A stretch of 64,000 bases of DNA from positions 186,001 through 250,000 of the forward strand of contig QPGO01000069.1 in the NCBI GenBank assembly GCA_008632985.1, written 5' to 3'. How positions within the stretch are numbered: the first letter of the stretch is position 1; every line of letters begins with the position of its first letter. Shown one piece after another: positions 48,189 through 60,128 of this stretch. A program made the translations under genes and the position numbers. A model generated the notes under the pieces. It saw nothing but the letters and a program-made list of their open reading frames with translations. It was not told the DNA's origin and did not search any database. This DNA comes from Psammoneis japonica (Eukaryota).

Positions 48189-50208
48189 CCAGCCGAGACC
48201 TGGTGCAACACCTCACTGCTGTCTGCACAGCAGACAACATCAGAGGCCACAACATGGTGGTTTTCACTTTCCTTTGCAATTTTTTTGATGTGCATTGTTG
48301 AAATTGTCAAAAAGTCCAATTTGAAAAATGCCAACAACAGTTGTGCTCAATGAAATGCAGCTGTTTTGTGCATTTCATCTGATGTCTCATTGGCTTTTCT
48401 TGCACAAGCTTCAATCAAATGCATGCAATGTTCAATTCAATTGGGACTGACATCTGTTTTTTTGTGATGCATGGTTTGGTTTCCTTTCACCAGTCATCAA
48501 TTTGAACTTGATTTTAACTTTGTTCTCCTCACTCACGTGCGTGTGTCCTTTGCAAGTGTGCAGTCTGCTTCACGCATGCATGCACATGACCCACCCTCAT
48601 TTTAAATTTCTCTTCATGCTTCCCAGATTTGCGCAGCCTGTTGGTCTGTGGCATTTGCAGTGTTTTTTTTTACATGCACAATTTTCTGCACACTTCACAA
48701 CAGTGCACCCTCTCCCCAAAAATTGAAAAGCAAAAGTGTGTGCTGTTGTGATTCACATGGATTCTACGTGTGGTTGCAAATCTGCAAATCAACAACCTGC
48801 CATGGCAGTGAAAGACTTTGCCCCATTGTCTGATGACAGTGGCTCAATGCATGGCAAGACCTGCTGTCCTTCTGGTTGGTCAAGATGGGTTTTGATCAGG
48901 GCATTGCTCAAGTTTCATGATTGCGAGTGTGCTGTCATGAATCTGCTGCATCAAAGAATCATCCTCCAGAATGCCAAGCTGGCATGTTGTTGTGTGCACA
49001 CATGTCACAAACTTTTCTGCAGCATTGGTGTTTGAGGGGGAGCTGGAAGTCATTGGCCCTGTCGGTTGGAAGCAACTGCCTCTTTGGCTCCTTTGCACAT
49101 GTGCTGGCTTGCCTCCATCCAGCAAGGGAAAGTCCCTTCCAGTGACAAAGAGGCTCAACCAGCAAAGAACACATTGCCTGCTCAATGACAGCAGACTCAA
49201 AGCACAGGTGGCACTCTCCTTTGATCCCAGACTTGACAAGCCTGTCAATGCCTGTCATGCTTCTTGACTGGGGCATTGAGGGAGAGGGAAGGGAGACTTG
49301 AATGTCAGAGGGAGCATTGGCAAGAGCAGAAGTGACAACTTGCTGCTGATGCTCATGATGGAGGTGGTGGGCCAGGCCAGGAAGAGCAGCCGACTTGACT
49401 GGAGTGGCCAGGGAGGAGGCAGAAAGTGCAAAAGCAGAGGCAAGAACAGGAGCACAGTGGCAGCAAATCTCCATCATCAGCTCTGCACTTCTTGTTGGCA
49501 CCCCTTCAGTCATGCATGCCTCAGTTGTGTCTTCACTGCTCAGTGTTGCAATGCATCACATTGAATGCCATGATGTCTTTGAGTGGGGTTCATGCTTCAA
49601 CGGAGCTTCAGAACTTTCGTGATGAATTCCCTTCCCACAAGACTGCCGAGCTGCTCAGAGCAGCCTCCAAGCATCATGCCATTTGTGGCATGAACCCAAA
49701 CCAAATGTCTGGCAAAGATTGCCAAATGTGGCCATTGTTTTGCTGATGGATGCACGGCCTGTGCAAAAACCAAAACAAAAAGATGTGCAAGAACAGCTGG
49801 CCACCATTTGCAGTGGTTTGAAAGCATGCTGTTGGAGGGCCAAAAAAAGACAAGACAATCAAGCACATTGTTGTTCAAGCTCACCCACCGACAATGCAAC
49901 CCGTGCAAAAAGCCAGGTGCACTGGGCAGTTTCTTGACAGAGCTGAAGACTTGGCCTTCTTCAAAGTGATGGAGGACTGTGATGTTGACTTGCATTTGGC
50001 TGGAGAAGTGAGTGCAAGAAATCATTCTGAATTAAATGTTCTTGGCATGTTGTGCAAGAAAATTCAAGTGTGACAAGCGTGTGGATGATGTTCCCAACAT
50101 TTGCAAGTGCGACACTTTGTTGCTTTTCACTGTGTGACAAATTGCTTTCTGTTCACTTGTCTTTTCATGCATGTCAGAGTTTTGCATCCAGAACCATTGT
50201 AAGTTGCA

Positions 50209-50495
50209 ACAAATGACACTCTTCAAACAAGGCATGTGCAAAAAGAGGTTCATTGGTTTTTGATGCATTCGCCAACAACGCATCTGTCTTCTCCAATTTT
50301 CATGTCCAGATCTAGAAAGACTGCAGGCAGTGCTTGTTCCCACAGCTCTCAGAATCACACACACAAAATGGTGCTCACCACAAATGACACTCTTCAAACA
50401 AGGCATGTGAAAAAGAGGTTCATTGGTTTTTGATGCATTCACTGACGCCGCATCTGTCTTCTCCAATTTTTGCCCAGATCCAGAAAGGCTGCAGA
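50209..50495 (+). repeat. Two ~115-bp direct repeat copies (period ~170 bp)
   Basis: AAATGACACTCTTCAAACAAGGCATGTG...GCATCTGTCTTCTCCAATTTT occurs at ~50211 and ~50382. Confidence 0.9.
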
Positions 50496-50891
50496 GGTGG
50501 AGAGTGGGGAGGCAACCCATTTCAGGTTGCCTGAGTTGTCAAGCTCATTTTAAAGGCTTTCCAAGTCTCTCTGCTGTTTCTGGTCCATGCTCCAAATGCA
50601 CCATCGATGAACCATTCGCAGCACAGGAGGTGCAGGGCAAACTCAGTCATTGCCACATGACTTTGTCATTCATGCAGTGCCTTGCACAGTGCACATGCAG
50701 GCAGTGCTTGTTCCTGTGGCCATTCCAGTGAGTGCATTCTGTGGCACTTAAGATGTTTTTTGCTTGCTCATGTGCTTTCTTTCTATGCTTTCTTTGAGTT
50801 GCAGGGGTGGAACTGGGCACTTGACGTTGCACACCGCTCACCGGCATCCACATTGCTCTGGAATCAGCAGCACCAGATGCACCAGCAAGTC

Positions 50892-51352
50892 TGTGTTGCC
50901 ATTCCTGTTGGTCATGTTGGCTCATCCATGTCATGCTCTCACAACAAGCTCTGCACTTTTTGGCAATGAATGGGGTGGATCAGAGCAACAGCACTTCTGC
51001 CATCACAAACTCGCCTCCTGCTCCTGAATCAGTGGCGTTGGACACTTTGGTGAGTCTGTGCTGCTGTTCCCATGGGTCATGTTGGTTCATCCACATTGTG
51101 CTCTCACAACATGTTCTACACTTTTTGGCGATGAACAAGGTGGATCAGAGCAATGGCAGTTCAAATCATGGAACAGCAGCTCCTGCTGCAAACTCCCCTG
51201 CTCCAGAATCAGTGGCTGTGTGTTGCCGCTCCTGTTGGTTGTGTTGGTTCATCTACACTGCACTCTCACAACTTGCTCCACACTTTTTGGCAATGAACAA
51301 GGTGGCTGCCAGCCACAGCACTTCAAAAAGAAAGAGAGCTGCTGCTGCAAAC
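50892..51352 (+). repeat. Three degenerate ~165-bp tandem repeats
   Basis: TGTTGG(C/T)TCATC...CTCTCACAAC...CACTTTTTGGC(A/G)ATGAA recurs three times. Confidence 0.85.
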
Positions 51353-54343
51353 TTGCGTGGTGTTGTCTCCATCAGTGTCATTTAAATTGAGAACTCAAAC
51401 AACAAAACAGAACACCCACAATGCAAATGATTTTAATTTGCAGGTTTTGCAGGGATGGAGGGTGGGCACTCTCATGGGGAAAATGGGTGGTTGTCTCACA
51501 GTGAAACATGTTTTCCTCACAGGGAGGGAGGGGTCAGCCAGACCCCACAGCATGAAAATGTTCATCTGTCACATTTGACATGTTGTCACCACATGCACAA
51601 CCAATGAGGTTTGACAGTGTGCTGTTTTAACCCATGAAAGGAAAAAAAATCACTGTGGGAAAGGAAGTGTTGACCACCGCAACACACGCTCTGATGAAGA
51701 CTCCATGCAGAAACTGCTGCAGGTGCCCCCCTGTGAACAACAGAGGCATGTGTTCCAGGGTCAGGAACAGTTTTTGCTCAGGGTCTTGCAAGGTGGAGGT
51801 GTCTTGTTTCACAACTGTGATGGCATCATGCCCAGATGGACAGACACCCCAAGAACAGCTGAGACACTTGGTTGGCATAACTTGAGTCAAGCCCACCAAG
51901 CCCACTTCAGGATGTGCGCCAGAGTGGGCCATTGTTGCTGATGGATTTCCATTCCCTGGTGGAGGAATGAAGTGATCTGTCAGCATTTTTGCCACTTGTT
52001 CCTTTGTTGCCACTGCCACTTGTCATTTTCTTGTTCATCATGAGAAGGCTGGCCACTGAAACCCAGTTCTTCTTTGACTTCTGTCACACAACTTCCCCTT
52101 TTTCCACCAGCCAGGTTGGCTCCTGCTGAGCAGATGCAGCAGCTGTGCTCTGGTGCGAGCCTGGCCACAGATGCAAAAGGCCAGCTTTTGTTGGACTTAG
52201 AAAATGTGGCTTGGAGTGCAGGCCAGGCTGTTTCAGAGCATCGTTGGCATCAAGGATGACAATGTGGAGGGCTCTTGGTTGAGGGTGAGCTGCCATTGCA
52301 TCCAATGGTTTGACAACCTTCTTGGCTCTCAGCTCAATTTGTTTGCTGAGGCACATTTGCTGATTTCCTTTTGGAGCTGTGTGGAGCTTCCCTGAAGAGC
52401 TTGATGCAATGAAGACAGTTTTTTATCTTGGAGAAAGGGAGTTTTTTAGAATTCTTGCTTCCTGAAAGCACCCTCTTTTGTGTGTGTGTGTGATGGCTTT
52501 GTTGCCCACATTGCCCATCCAGGTGGCAATTGTGAAGCTGTCCCCAATTTGTGTGCACACTTGGTGTCCATGAGGTGGCAGAAGAGCCTCCTGAGGAGGA
52601 TTTTTGCAGCAAGTCAAGTTCAGCAGTTGCAAGTCTTCTTAGAACCAAAGACATGGGCCAAGTGTGTTGTGGTGGAATTTTCTTCCAGATCAGCAGTTTC
52701 TGTGGGTTTCTTGCTTGGTTCCTTTGGCTTCACAGCCTTGGAAACCTTTTTCTGTTTTTTGGCTTCATCCATCATTTTGGAGCAAGGCTTGCCACTTCTG
52801 TCATCATCAGTCTGTTCAATGGAGTCATCCTGAGGTTTGTTCATGGGTTGTTTCCTGTCAATTGATTTGTTGTTCGGGACATTGACATTCTTCTTTTGAT
52901 GGCTTGAGCAGCCTTCCTTGACTCTGGGTTGACATGGGACAGCCCTTTCACAGTCTTCTTTTTTCTGCATTTTTTGTTTCCAAGGTTTTGGCAGTGGCAG
53001 CAGCGGGCTTTTGATTGCCAGAGTTCTCTTGGTTTTCTCAAACATTTTCTGGACATTTTTGACAATCTTGACAAAGCTGATTTTGCTGTTGCATGAGTTC
53101 TCTCTGGGGGAGAATTGCAATGGGGCAAACCCTTCTTCTCAGTGGGAACCACACCACTGCTGCTGGAAATTTCACAGAGATCATCAGAGTCCTGGGCTTC
53201 TTCATGTCAGCGAAGTGCTCAAATTCATCATCCTTGGGGTTGTTGGCTGAAGAACTCAAGCTTGAAGAAGAGGACAAGGGTGAGGAGGAGAGCTGGAGGA
53301 ACTCAAAGAGCAAGAGGAGGAGTTCAATCCACACCACAATTTTCAGTGTTGTTGTTTTGTTTTTGTTCACTTTGACCATTGCCTTGATGACCTTCATTTT
53401 GTTCACAAGGGTTGCCATGTCACCTTGGAGTTCTTTGTCAATGGGTCAACAAACTCATGGTTTTGTTGTGGAGCTTGTTTGGGAGAGAGAAGCTGCAGGC
53501 CAGATGGAGAGTCTTCAGCATCAGAGGGTGCATGGGTGGCTGCCATCTTCTTTGGCTTGACTGCATTGTTCTTGGGTGTCTTGAAGCTGCTTGCACCAAC
53601 CATGTCATCATTGCTGTCAACATCCAGCTTTGCCGTGTCTTTGATGGTTTCTTTTTTGTTGAAACTTTTGGGTTCCTTGCAGTTTTTGGTTGGAGGCTTT
53701 TGCTTGCATTTCTGAGGCAATTTGACCTTGCCCACCACACACCGTGCATGTGACGGCCGACACCCAGCATGGTGCCTCAACCACTGCGCTGACATCTGCA
53801 TGGAATTTGTGCAGTGACACATTGCAGGGCACCCATGGGAAGCCCAATTTTTGCCCCAATTGCCCTGTCATGCCGAAAGAAGGCCCAGCAAAAAGGTGTG
53901 CACCACGCCGAGAGTTCTCTTTTCTCAAAAGAGCATTTCGGTCTCTGACCGCTGGCAGCACCATCTCTTGCAGCGGCACAAACAACAAACCTGGTGGTGT
54001 GGCAGTTGAGGCCAGAATTGAAATCGAAGACTCGAGATGCCTGGACAGAGTTGCTTGCATCCTTCATTCCCGCTCACTCCCAACTGGGAGGTGGGAGGTC
54101 TGTAAGTGGTGCGGAAGAAGACAGAGAAGACTGACTCCCGCTCATCTGTCATCTGTCTGCAGTCTATGATGTCAAGTCTGTCAGCCATCCCGCTGCGCAG
54201 CATTTTCGTGCATGCAAGTTTCTGCTCCCCAGAGCGAGGTCGGTCGCGCCTTTCTTGTGAGAATTCGCGGCGACGGCAACAAGAATTCACGAGAAAGAGC
54301 TCACAAAATCAACAAGAGAACAGAGCAAACTACACAAATAAAA

Positions 54344-54865
54344 ATGGAGAAATTTACTGCGGCAGGCCTCGACAAATACTTCGAAGAATCATACGGTTTT
54401 GCAGTTTTTGAGAACGTAGGCAAAATTGGATATGTAATTGGCGGGGGAAGCGGAAGCGGAAAGGTGTACTGCAAGATAGATGGCCCTGACCAGCCTGCCA
54501 AGCTTGTTGGAAAGACCAACCTCGTCCAGCTTACAGCGGGTTTTCAGTTGGGAGTGCAAATCTACAGTGAGATTATCTTTTTTGAGACCCAACGTGATTT
54601 CGAACGTTTCTCGAACGGCAACTTTGAGTTCGAGGCAGGAACTCAGGTAACCGCAATCACGGCAGGTGCAAACGCGAAGGCTTCGACAGCAGGCACGTCG
54701 GTAGGGGCAAGTGCGGGTAGTAAGAACGCATGTGTCAATGACCCTGGATATGGGAGGAATGGAATGGCCGTTTTCACAATCACAAAAGGAGGGTTGATGT
54801 ACGAAGCGACGCTTGGTGGACAGAAGTTTGGTTACCGTCCTGTGAGCGACATTCCTGTTCAATAG
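54344..54865 (+). CDS. Ysc84/SYLF-like lipid-binding domain protein (short, bacterial-style)
   Basis: YGFAVFENVGKIGYVIGG..GSGKVY, AGFQLGVQIYSEIIFF and GGLMYEATLGGQKF.Y motifs. The start could be 54212. Confidence 0.85.
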   Translation: MEKFTAAGLDKYFEESYGFAVFENVGKIGYVIGGGSGSGKVYCKIDGPDQPAKLVGKTNLVQLTAGFQLGVQIYSEIIFFETQRDFERFSNGNFEFEAGTQVTAITAGANAKASTAGTSVGASAGSKNACVNDPGYGRNGMAVFTITKGGLMYEATLGGQKFGYRPVSDIPVQ

Positions 54866-55617
54866 GGCCCTACTAGAGACTCTCTAGAGTATTTTGCTCG
54901 GGTCCTAACTCTCCAGTAATTCGTGCAAAGAGCACATTAAATCTATGATAGATACATAAATATGAACGATGGGGAGAATCCAAGCTCCCACAGCCCAGCC
55001 TAGAGACTCAATGAACCATACCTGTAGAGAGCACTCCCAGCTAGACTAGTTGACCCTGGATGGCATGCACAAAGCAACAGAATCGTCGGAGTGCAAAGTC
55101 CTGTGACGACAGACCAGCAGACATCCGGCGGCAAAGCCACCCGACAACGGCTCGCGAAGTACACCAATCAATACAATAATTCGCTAGACATACGCAAGGA
55201 TAGAAGAAAAGCAAGGGAGCAATGTCACCATGCTCGAAGCACTTACAATGAATGTGCGCATGCTGGGTGTTTCCACCTTAAAGAAAGAAATTCAACTTTG
55301 TGGACGAGACAAAAGGAAACTCAGGACGCACTCTGAAATGACTCTATGATGCGTCTTTCTAAATCAATACACAAGTTATTATGGAACTTACTTTTTCGTA
55401 GCACCCATCCTTCAGGTACTGCAACACACTCCAATCTATCCACAACTCTGTTCTTGAAACAGGTGAGATTTCTAGAAGAGAGATTCACAGCAAACACCAA
55501 AAAGCAACTACTACGTCGTACTTTACGGCTCACCAGTTTCCCCTTGAATATCCGTACCCCCCCTCAGTTTTGACGTAAATCAAACGAACATCATATTCGG
55601 CTTGCTCTGCGATACGT

Positions 55618-56478
55618 TTACGCTTGGAGAGCCTTCATGAGCAGTTTCTGATACCGAGGAAGCGAAGCGCGACGCTCTTCCTGGCTCATTTCGCTTGGTC
55701 CATCCTCCCCGGCATCATAGATAAGAGTAAGCCCCCCCTTGAGCTTCTTCTTGGCAGGGGCTTCCTGAGAAGTACTACTCAACGACAGAGACAGGGGCGC
55801 CGTTGAAGTCGCGGTTTGGTTTGCAAGAGATGCTGCTGCGTTGGAGCTGTTTCCTGCAGACAAACTCGTTGCCACCGCCACGCTTGTAGATAGTGCCTTT
55901 GGTTGCGGTATCAAATCCGTTGCTGCTGGAGGAGGCGCAATTCCCGCCGCAAAGGAAGGAGGAACTCCCGGCGGTGGTACCAGAGGCGGAGCACCGGGTG
56001 GCAGCGGCGGCAATCCCGGAGGCAAGGGCGGCGGCATACCCATTGGAGGAGGAGGCGGTGGGGGCGGAGGAGGTGCGTCTACAGGTTCTTCTGCCAAGCA
56101 GTCATCGTCCAGAGGAAAATTATTGTACCCGTGGGCCGCCACGAGTGCAAACGTGGCGCGAACCGCACAGTCCATGGCGGCTTCTCGTGTTCTGCCTCGT
56201 CCCCAGCCGAGACATACTCCACCAACGCGCGTGGCAAACACAAAGGGCTTCTCAGTAGTCCCGCCCTTGGGCCATCTGACATAAGCAGCATCCGTCATAC
56301 GGTGACTCTTTGTGTACTTGACAAAGGCGTCCATAGACGCATAGTGACGATCAGGCCGGTACTTTTTGACGAGGTAGCTTTCCTCGTTTTTCGCTTTCTT
56401 GTTGGGTTGGGCAGCAGGTCCTTGTTGTGCCGTCGCTGCGCCAGCCGTATGCGGAGAGGCTCGTTTCTTTCTTCCCAT
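55618..56478 (-). CDS. Proline-rich protein with a dsRBD-like segment and a ZNF207/BuGZ-like C-terminal motif
   Basis: 286-aa ORF with FVFATRVGGVCLGWGRGRTREAAMDCAVRATF, poly-Pro and LIYDAGEDGPSEMSQEERRASLPRYQ. Confidence 0.75.
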   Translation of the reverse strand: MGRKKRASPHTAGAATAQQGPAAQPNKKAKNEESYLVKKYRPDRHYASMDAFVKYTKSHRMTDAAYVRWPKGGTTEKPFVFATRVGGVCLGWGRGRTREAAMDCAVRATFALVAAHGYNNFPLDDDCLAEEPVDAPPPPPPPPPPMGMPPPLPPGLPPLPPGAPPLVPPPGVPPSFAAGIAPPPAATDLIPQPKALSTSVAVATSLSAGNSSNAAASLANQTATSTAPLSLSLSSTSQEAPAKKKLKGGLTLIYDAGEDGPSEMSQEERRASLPRYQKLLMKALQA

Positions 56479-56965
56479 TGTTGCTGTTCAGCTGGTGTCG
56501 TCTGGTGTTGTTTTTGTTGTTGTGTTCGATGCGTTGGTTGCTTGTTGCCGCGGCTTCCATTTTTTGCACACCCAAATTTCAGACGGTCGAACAAACACAA
56601 ACAATCAACATTATTTTTTATCAACGATGTTCGTATGAAATAGGACTGTATGTGTCATTCTAAAATCAAATTGGTTCAGTCATGTATACGAATATGAAAA
56701 ATTCGGGTACATACAACATTCAGATTCGTAGGTAGTCATTACTCAGAACTCATCATTTCACTTCACCAATTCTAATAGACAATTAGAGTACAAATATTAA
56801 ACATATACTGTATTGTACACTTTTCCAATACTGCAATCCTGAAGTAGCAACGGCAGTTGAGAAAGAATGAAACGCTGAGAACTCCGCGCGTCAACATCTT
56901 CTCACTTTGGGACGCGCGCCGCCATAACGAAAACGTCGAGTGCCGTTACAGTCAGCGCCAAGAAC

Positions 56966-57758
56966 ATGTCGTCCAAACATCGCCTAACAAGATCCTTCAG
57001 AACTTTGTCAGCACTCGTTTATGTGGTAAGTTTTGTGAACGCCATGGCGGGTTTGTTGTCGTGTTGTTTCTCTTGGCAAGTCATTCGGTTTCATGTTGTT
57101 GTCATTTATTTAGCCGTTGTGATTATTCGGGGCTGTATACAGTGTCATTCAATGTCGTTAAGTAACTACCGTTGGGGGAACGTTCTCAAATCCTCAGGGC
57201 TGCATATCAATTTTGATTTTACCCGAACCGGGAGGTGACGACCGAAAAAATGATGGGCGTCAACGACGTGTTGCCGCACCTCGTTTGCGGGCTGAAAAAC
57301 ACCAAACATGACGCTTGCTTGTACAAAACTCACCTTGTGTCTCTCTGTTTGTGTTGTGGTTCTTGTAGCTTGACATTATCGTGTCCATCAGCTTCGCATG
57401 GGTCCCCGTATATCTTCCGGTTCTCGTTGGGGTCTTGACAGCACTTTTGTGCCTAGTTATGCTTTGCGTTGCAGTGGAAGCACCGAATCCAGTCATTGAG
57501 CGCCTGGAACAGTCCAAGTTTGGTGAAAATCTCTTCACGTTTCGTGGGCGCTACATGGCAGATCTTATTATAGCTCTCTTCCTCTTTGCAATGCGGTTCT
57601 GGGGGGTTATTATGGGATTAGTCACCCTCTTGTTGATTTTCGGTATTCGGTTTGTGGGAGTCAAACAGCCTGAAGCTTTCAACGAGATCTTTCGTCAATC
57701 GGAAATCGAATCTGCGAGTGCGGCTGATGCTTCCTACACTCTGGAGTCAAACGCGTAG
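56966..57758 (+). CDS. Small multi-pass membrane protein, COPI-associated/TVP15-like (intron-containing; exon structure uncertain)
   Basis: Hydrophobic ORFs 56966-57238 and 57381-57758; LCAVEA...LFTFRGRYMADL. Confidence 0.55.
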
Positions 57759-58290
57759 AAAGAACGCGAGCTGTGTTGAGGTACCATGGTACATATTATT
57801 TTTCAATGGTTTCGCACTCTGTTATTCTTCTTCCTTGGTATTTGAGACAGTTGAAAAGTCCATGTTGTTTTCGTGCGTGTGCGAAGTCTTTCCGGAAAAC
57901 TAAGTTGACTTTAGTCTAAGGAAAATACATGCATAAGAACTTGTGTTTCATTTCGAATTATTACCACATGTTTTGCTTGCGAAACAGAATATCATGATAA
58001 AAAGGCTGCTATCTATGCTAAGGCATATGTTGCTGTTTTGAGTGAAATTGAGACAACAACTACATTGCGTTGGTCTTTCGCATTTGCAGAGGACGTCCTC
58101 ATAATCAAGCATCCCCAGGGCTGGGCGGAAACAGAATTTTGCGCTTCTTCGAGTTCGAGAGAATTTCTCAACTCCTCATGAGTCGTCGTCGTGAGTCAGC
58201 GCGATAACTCCTGTCGGTGTTGCTTGGAGAACGACGCATCGCAATCCCTACGACTGTCTTCATTCCAGAAACCAACGAGAGACGTGCATC

Positions 58291-59527
58291 ATGTCAGAAA
58301 ACTTAGCAAGATCTTCTGAAACGGAGCAAGAGGACAACAATAACAGACCTATCTGGTTCAAGGAGGAAGAGAAATGGGAGTTAACGTGGCCGATCTGGCA
58401 CATGTTGCCCCGAGCGGAGCGCAAAGCTCTAGCTTTCGAGAACGGCTACAAGTCGATTGGAGAGTTCGAAGAATATATGAGCTTGAGAAGTGCAGTTGGA
58501 GATTCATCTCATTCGGAAGCCCCTTACGATAACAGTCTCATGTACAACAAAACGAACGATACTGAAGAAGCTACAGCTGAAAGTGAGCGTAAGCTCCCTG
58601 CTGTACAAGAAGCGAAAGAAGAGAACGACGACGAAGAAGAAGACGAATCATCGGATGAAGAGACGCTGGCGAAGCAGCTCTCAAATGTCGCCTTGGAAGA
58701 ATTGACAAAAGAGGAACTGATGCTGGTTGGTGGCAAAATTCTCATGCTGCCCGAAGAGCTTCTTCACATGGTTTTTGCTTGGTTACCTGTTGATACGTAT
58801 GCGACACTAGCTTGCGTCAGTCCTCATTGGAAGTTTTTCACCAGAACCGAATTTGTCTACAAGCGACTATGTGAGCGCTGCTACCTCAACCAGAGCAAGC
58901 GACGTGCATTGCATGTGTCTCGCTTTGGGCATTCTTATCGAAAAATGCTCGAGACACGCCCGCGGGTAAGGGCGGGGGGTGGTGTGTATGTATTGAAATA
59001 CGCCAAGGTGCAAAAGATTGAGCGAAACATGTGGACAGAGGTACGTTGTCTGAGTGTTGGTTCCACACTTTTCTGCTGGGTCATACTGTACTTGTTCGTC
59101 TCATTGTCTTTGTTTTGCAATCTCTCAGATTCCAGTTGGGGCAATTTTAGAGACAGTCTATTACCGTTACTTTTATTTTCAAGAGAACGGAACAGTCTTG
59201 TACGCTCTAACCACCAGTCCGCCTCACGAAATGTTTGCACGCTTTTTCAAAATGCGAGTCACTGGAGAACCCGACAAGGCAGCCGTGTGGGGACGTTACC
59301 AGGTGCGAAAGAACCATCTTACAGTGGTTGCGACTCAGCCATGGCATACTGTGAAGATGGAAATGACGATCGAGCCAATTTCGATTGGCGGGCGATTCTG
59401 TGCACTTTCGTTTGACAAGCACATGTCAAGTGCATCCAACAATTTTGACGAGTACTACAGCCGAGATCTTGTCACGTACGAGGTTCCTGGCGAGATGTTC
59501 CGATTCATTAAAGATCGTCGCTTGTAG
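58291..59527 (+). CDS. F-box protein, FBXO9-like (intron ~59041-59128)
   Basis: LPEELLHMVFAWL...LACVSPHW F-box, RPRVR..GVYV and VYYRYFYFQENGTV motifs. Confidence 0.85.
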
Positions 59528-59609
59528 AATTCAGACAAACTCTTTGCTCGATACCTAGTTTAAAAAGCGAATTGGGGTAATGTTTTCTGGTAGTGACAAT
59601 TGATCTCTT

Positions 59610-60128
59610 TTACACTTTCATTTCAAAGGATCTGCCATATCCTAAATCACGAAAGACCGAGCAACTCAACAGCTTGCCAGTTTCAGTATTTATTGAAGCC
59701 TTTACTTGGCCAACCATTGTTCCTCTTCCCTCACTTTCATTCGTCTGTCCCAGCCCAAAAGGCATTGGTATTGCAGATCGACCCATTCCTCCCTTTCTGA
59801 AGGATGCATTGAAGCGCACGGCCAACACACCGGGACGTGGACTTCCGTAACCTAAAATATTGTTGACCTTGACAAGATTCCCAAGCTCCGCCGACGCAGA
59901 TCTGTCTCTCTTGATTGCACTCACAACCTTGTCAATACCAGCTTTGGCTTCTTTTTCGCTCACTTGTGCCATGTACAGGCGCGTGGTGCTGGATCTCGGG
60001 CAACTGAATGATGCAGTTGACACCGAGTGAAAGTGAACAGATCGATTGCCGAGGGGAGGAACCAACGCGTTCACTCCCAACACTATAAACAACACCAATA
60101 CTCCTCGAAAGACTGCAAAACGGGCCAT
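59610..60128 (-). CDS. Hypothetical protein with a signal/transit-peptide-like N-terminus (probably plastid)
   Basis: MARFAVFRGVLVLFIVLGVNA-LV is followed by a Ser/Thr-rich stretch ending TRLYMA, then a globular region. The upstream part of the 312-aa ORF lies in TpA-eroded DNA and is probably not coding. Confidence 0.7.
   Translation of the reverse strand: MARFAVFRGVLVLFIVLGVNALVPPLGNRSVHFHSVSTASFSCPRSSTTRLYMAQVSEKEAKAGIDKVVSAIKRDRSASAELGNLVKVNNILGYGSPRPGVLAVRFNASFRKGGMGRSAIPMPFGLGQTNESEGRGTMVGQVKASINTETGKLLSCSVFRDLGYGRSFEMKV

Noticed and set aside
50209..51352. CRISPR array
   Set aside because: The repeats are long and degenerate with no unique spacers, there are no cas genes, and the context is eukaryotic.
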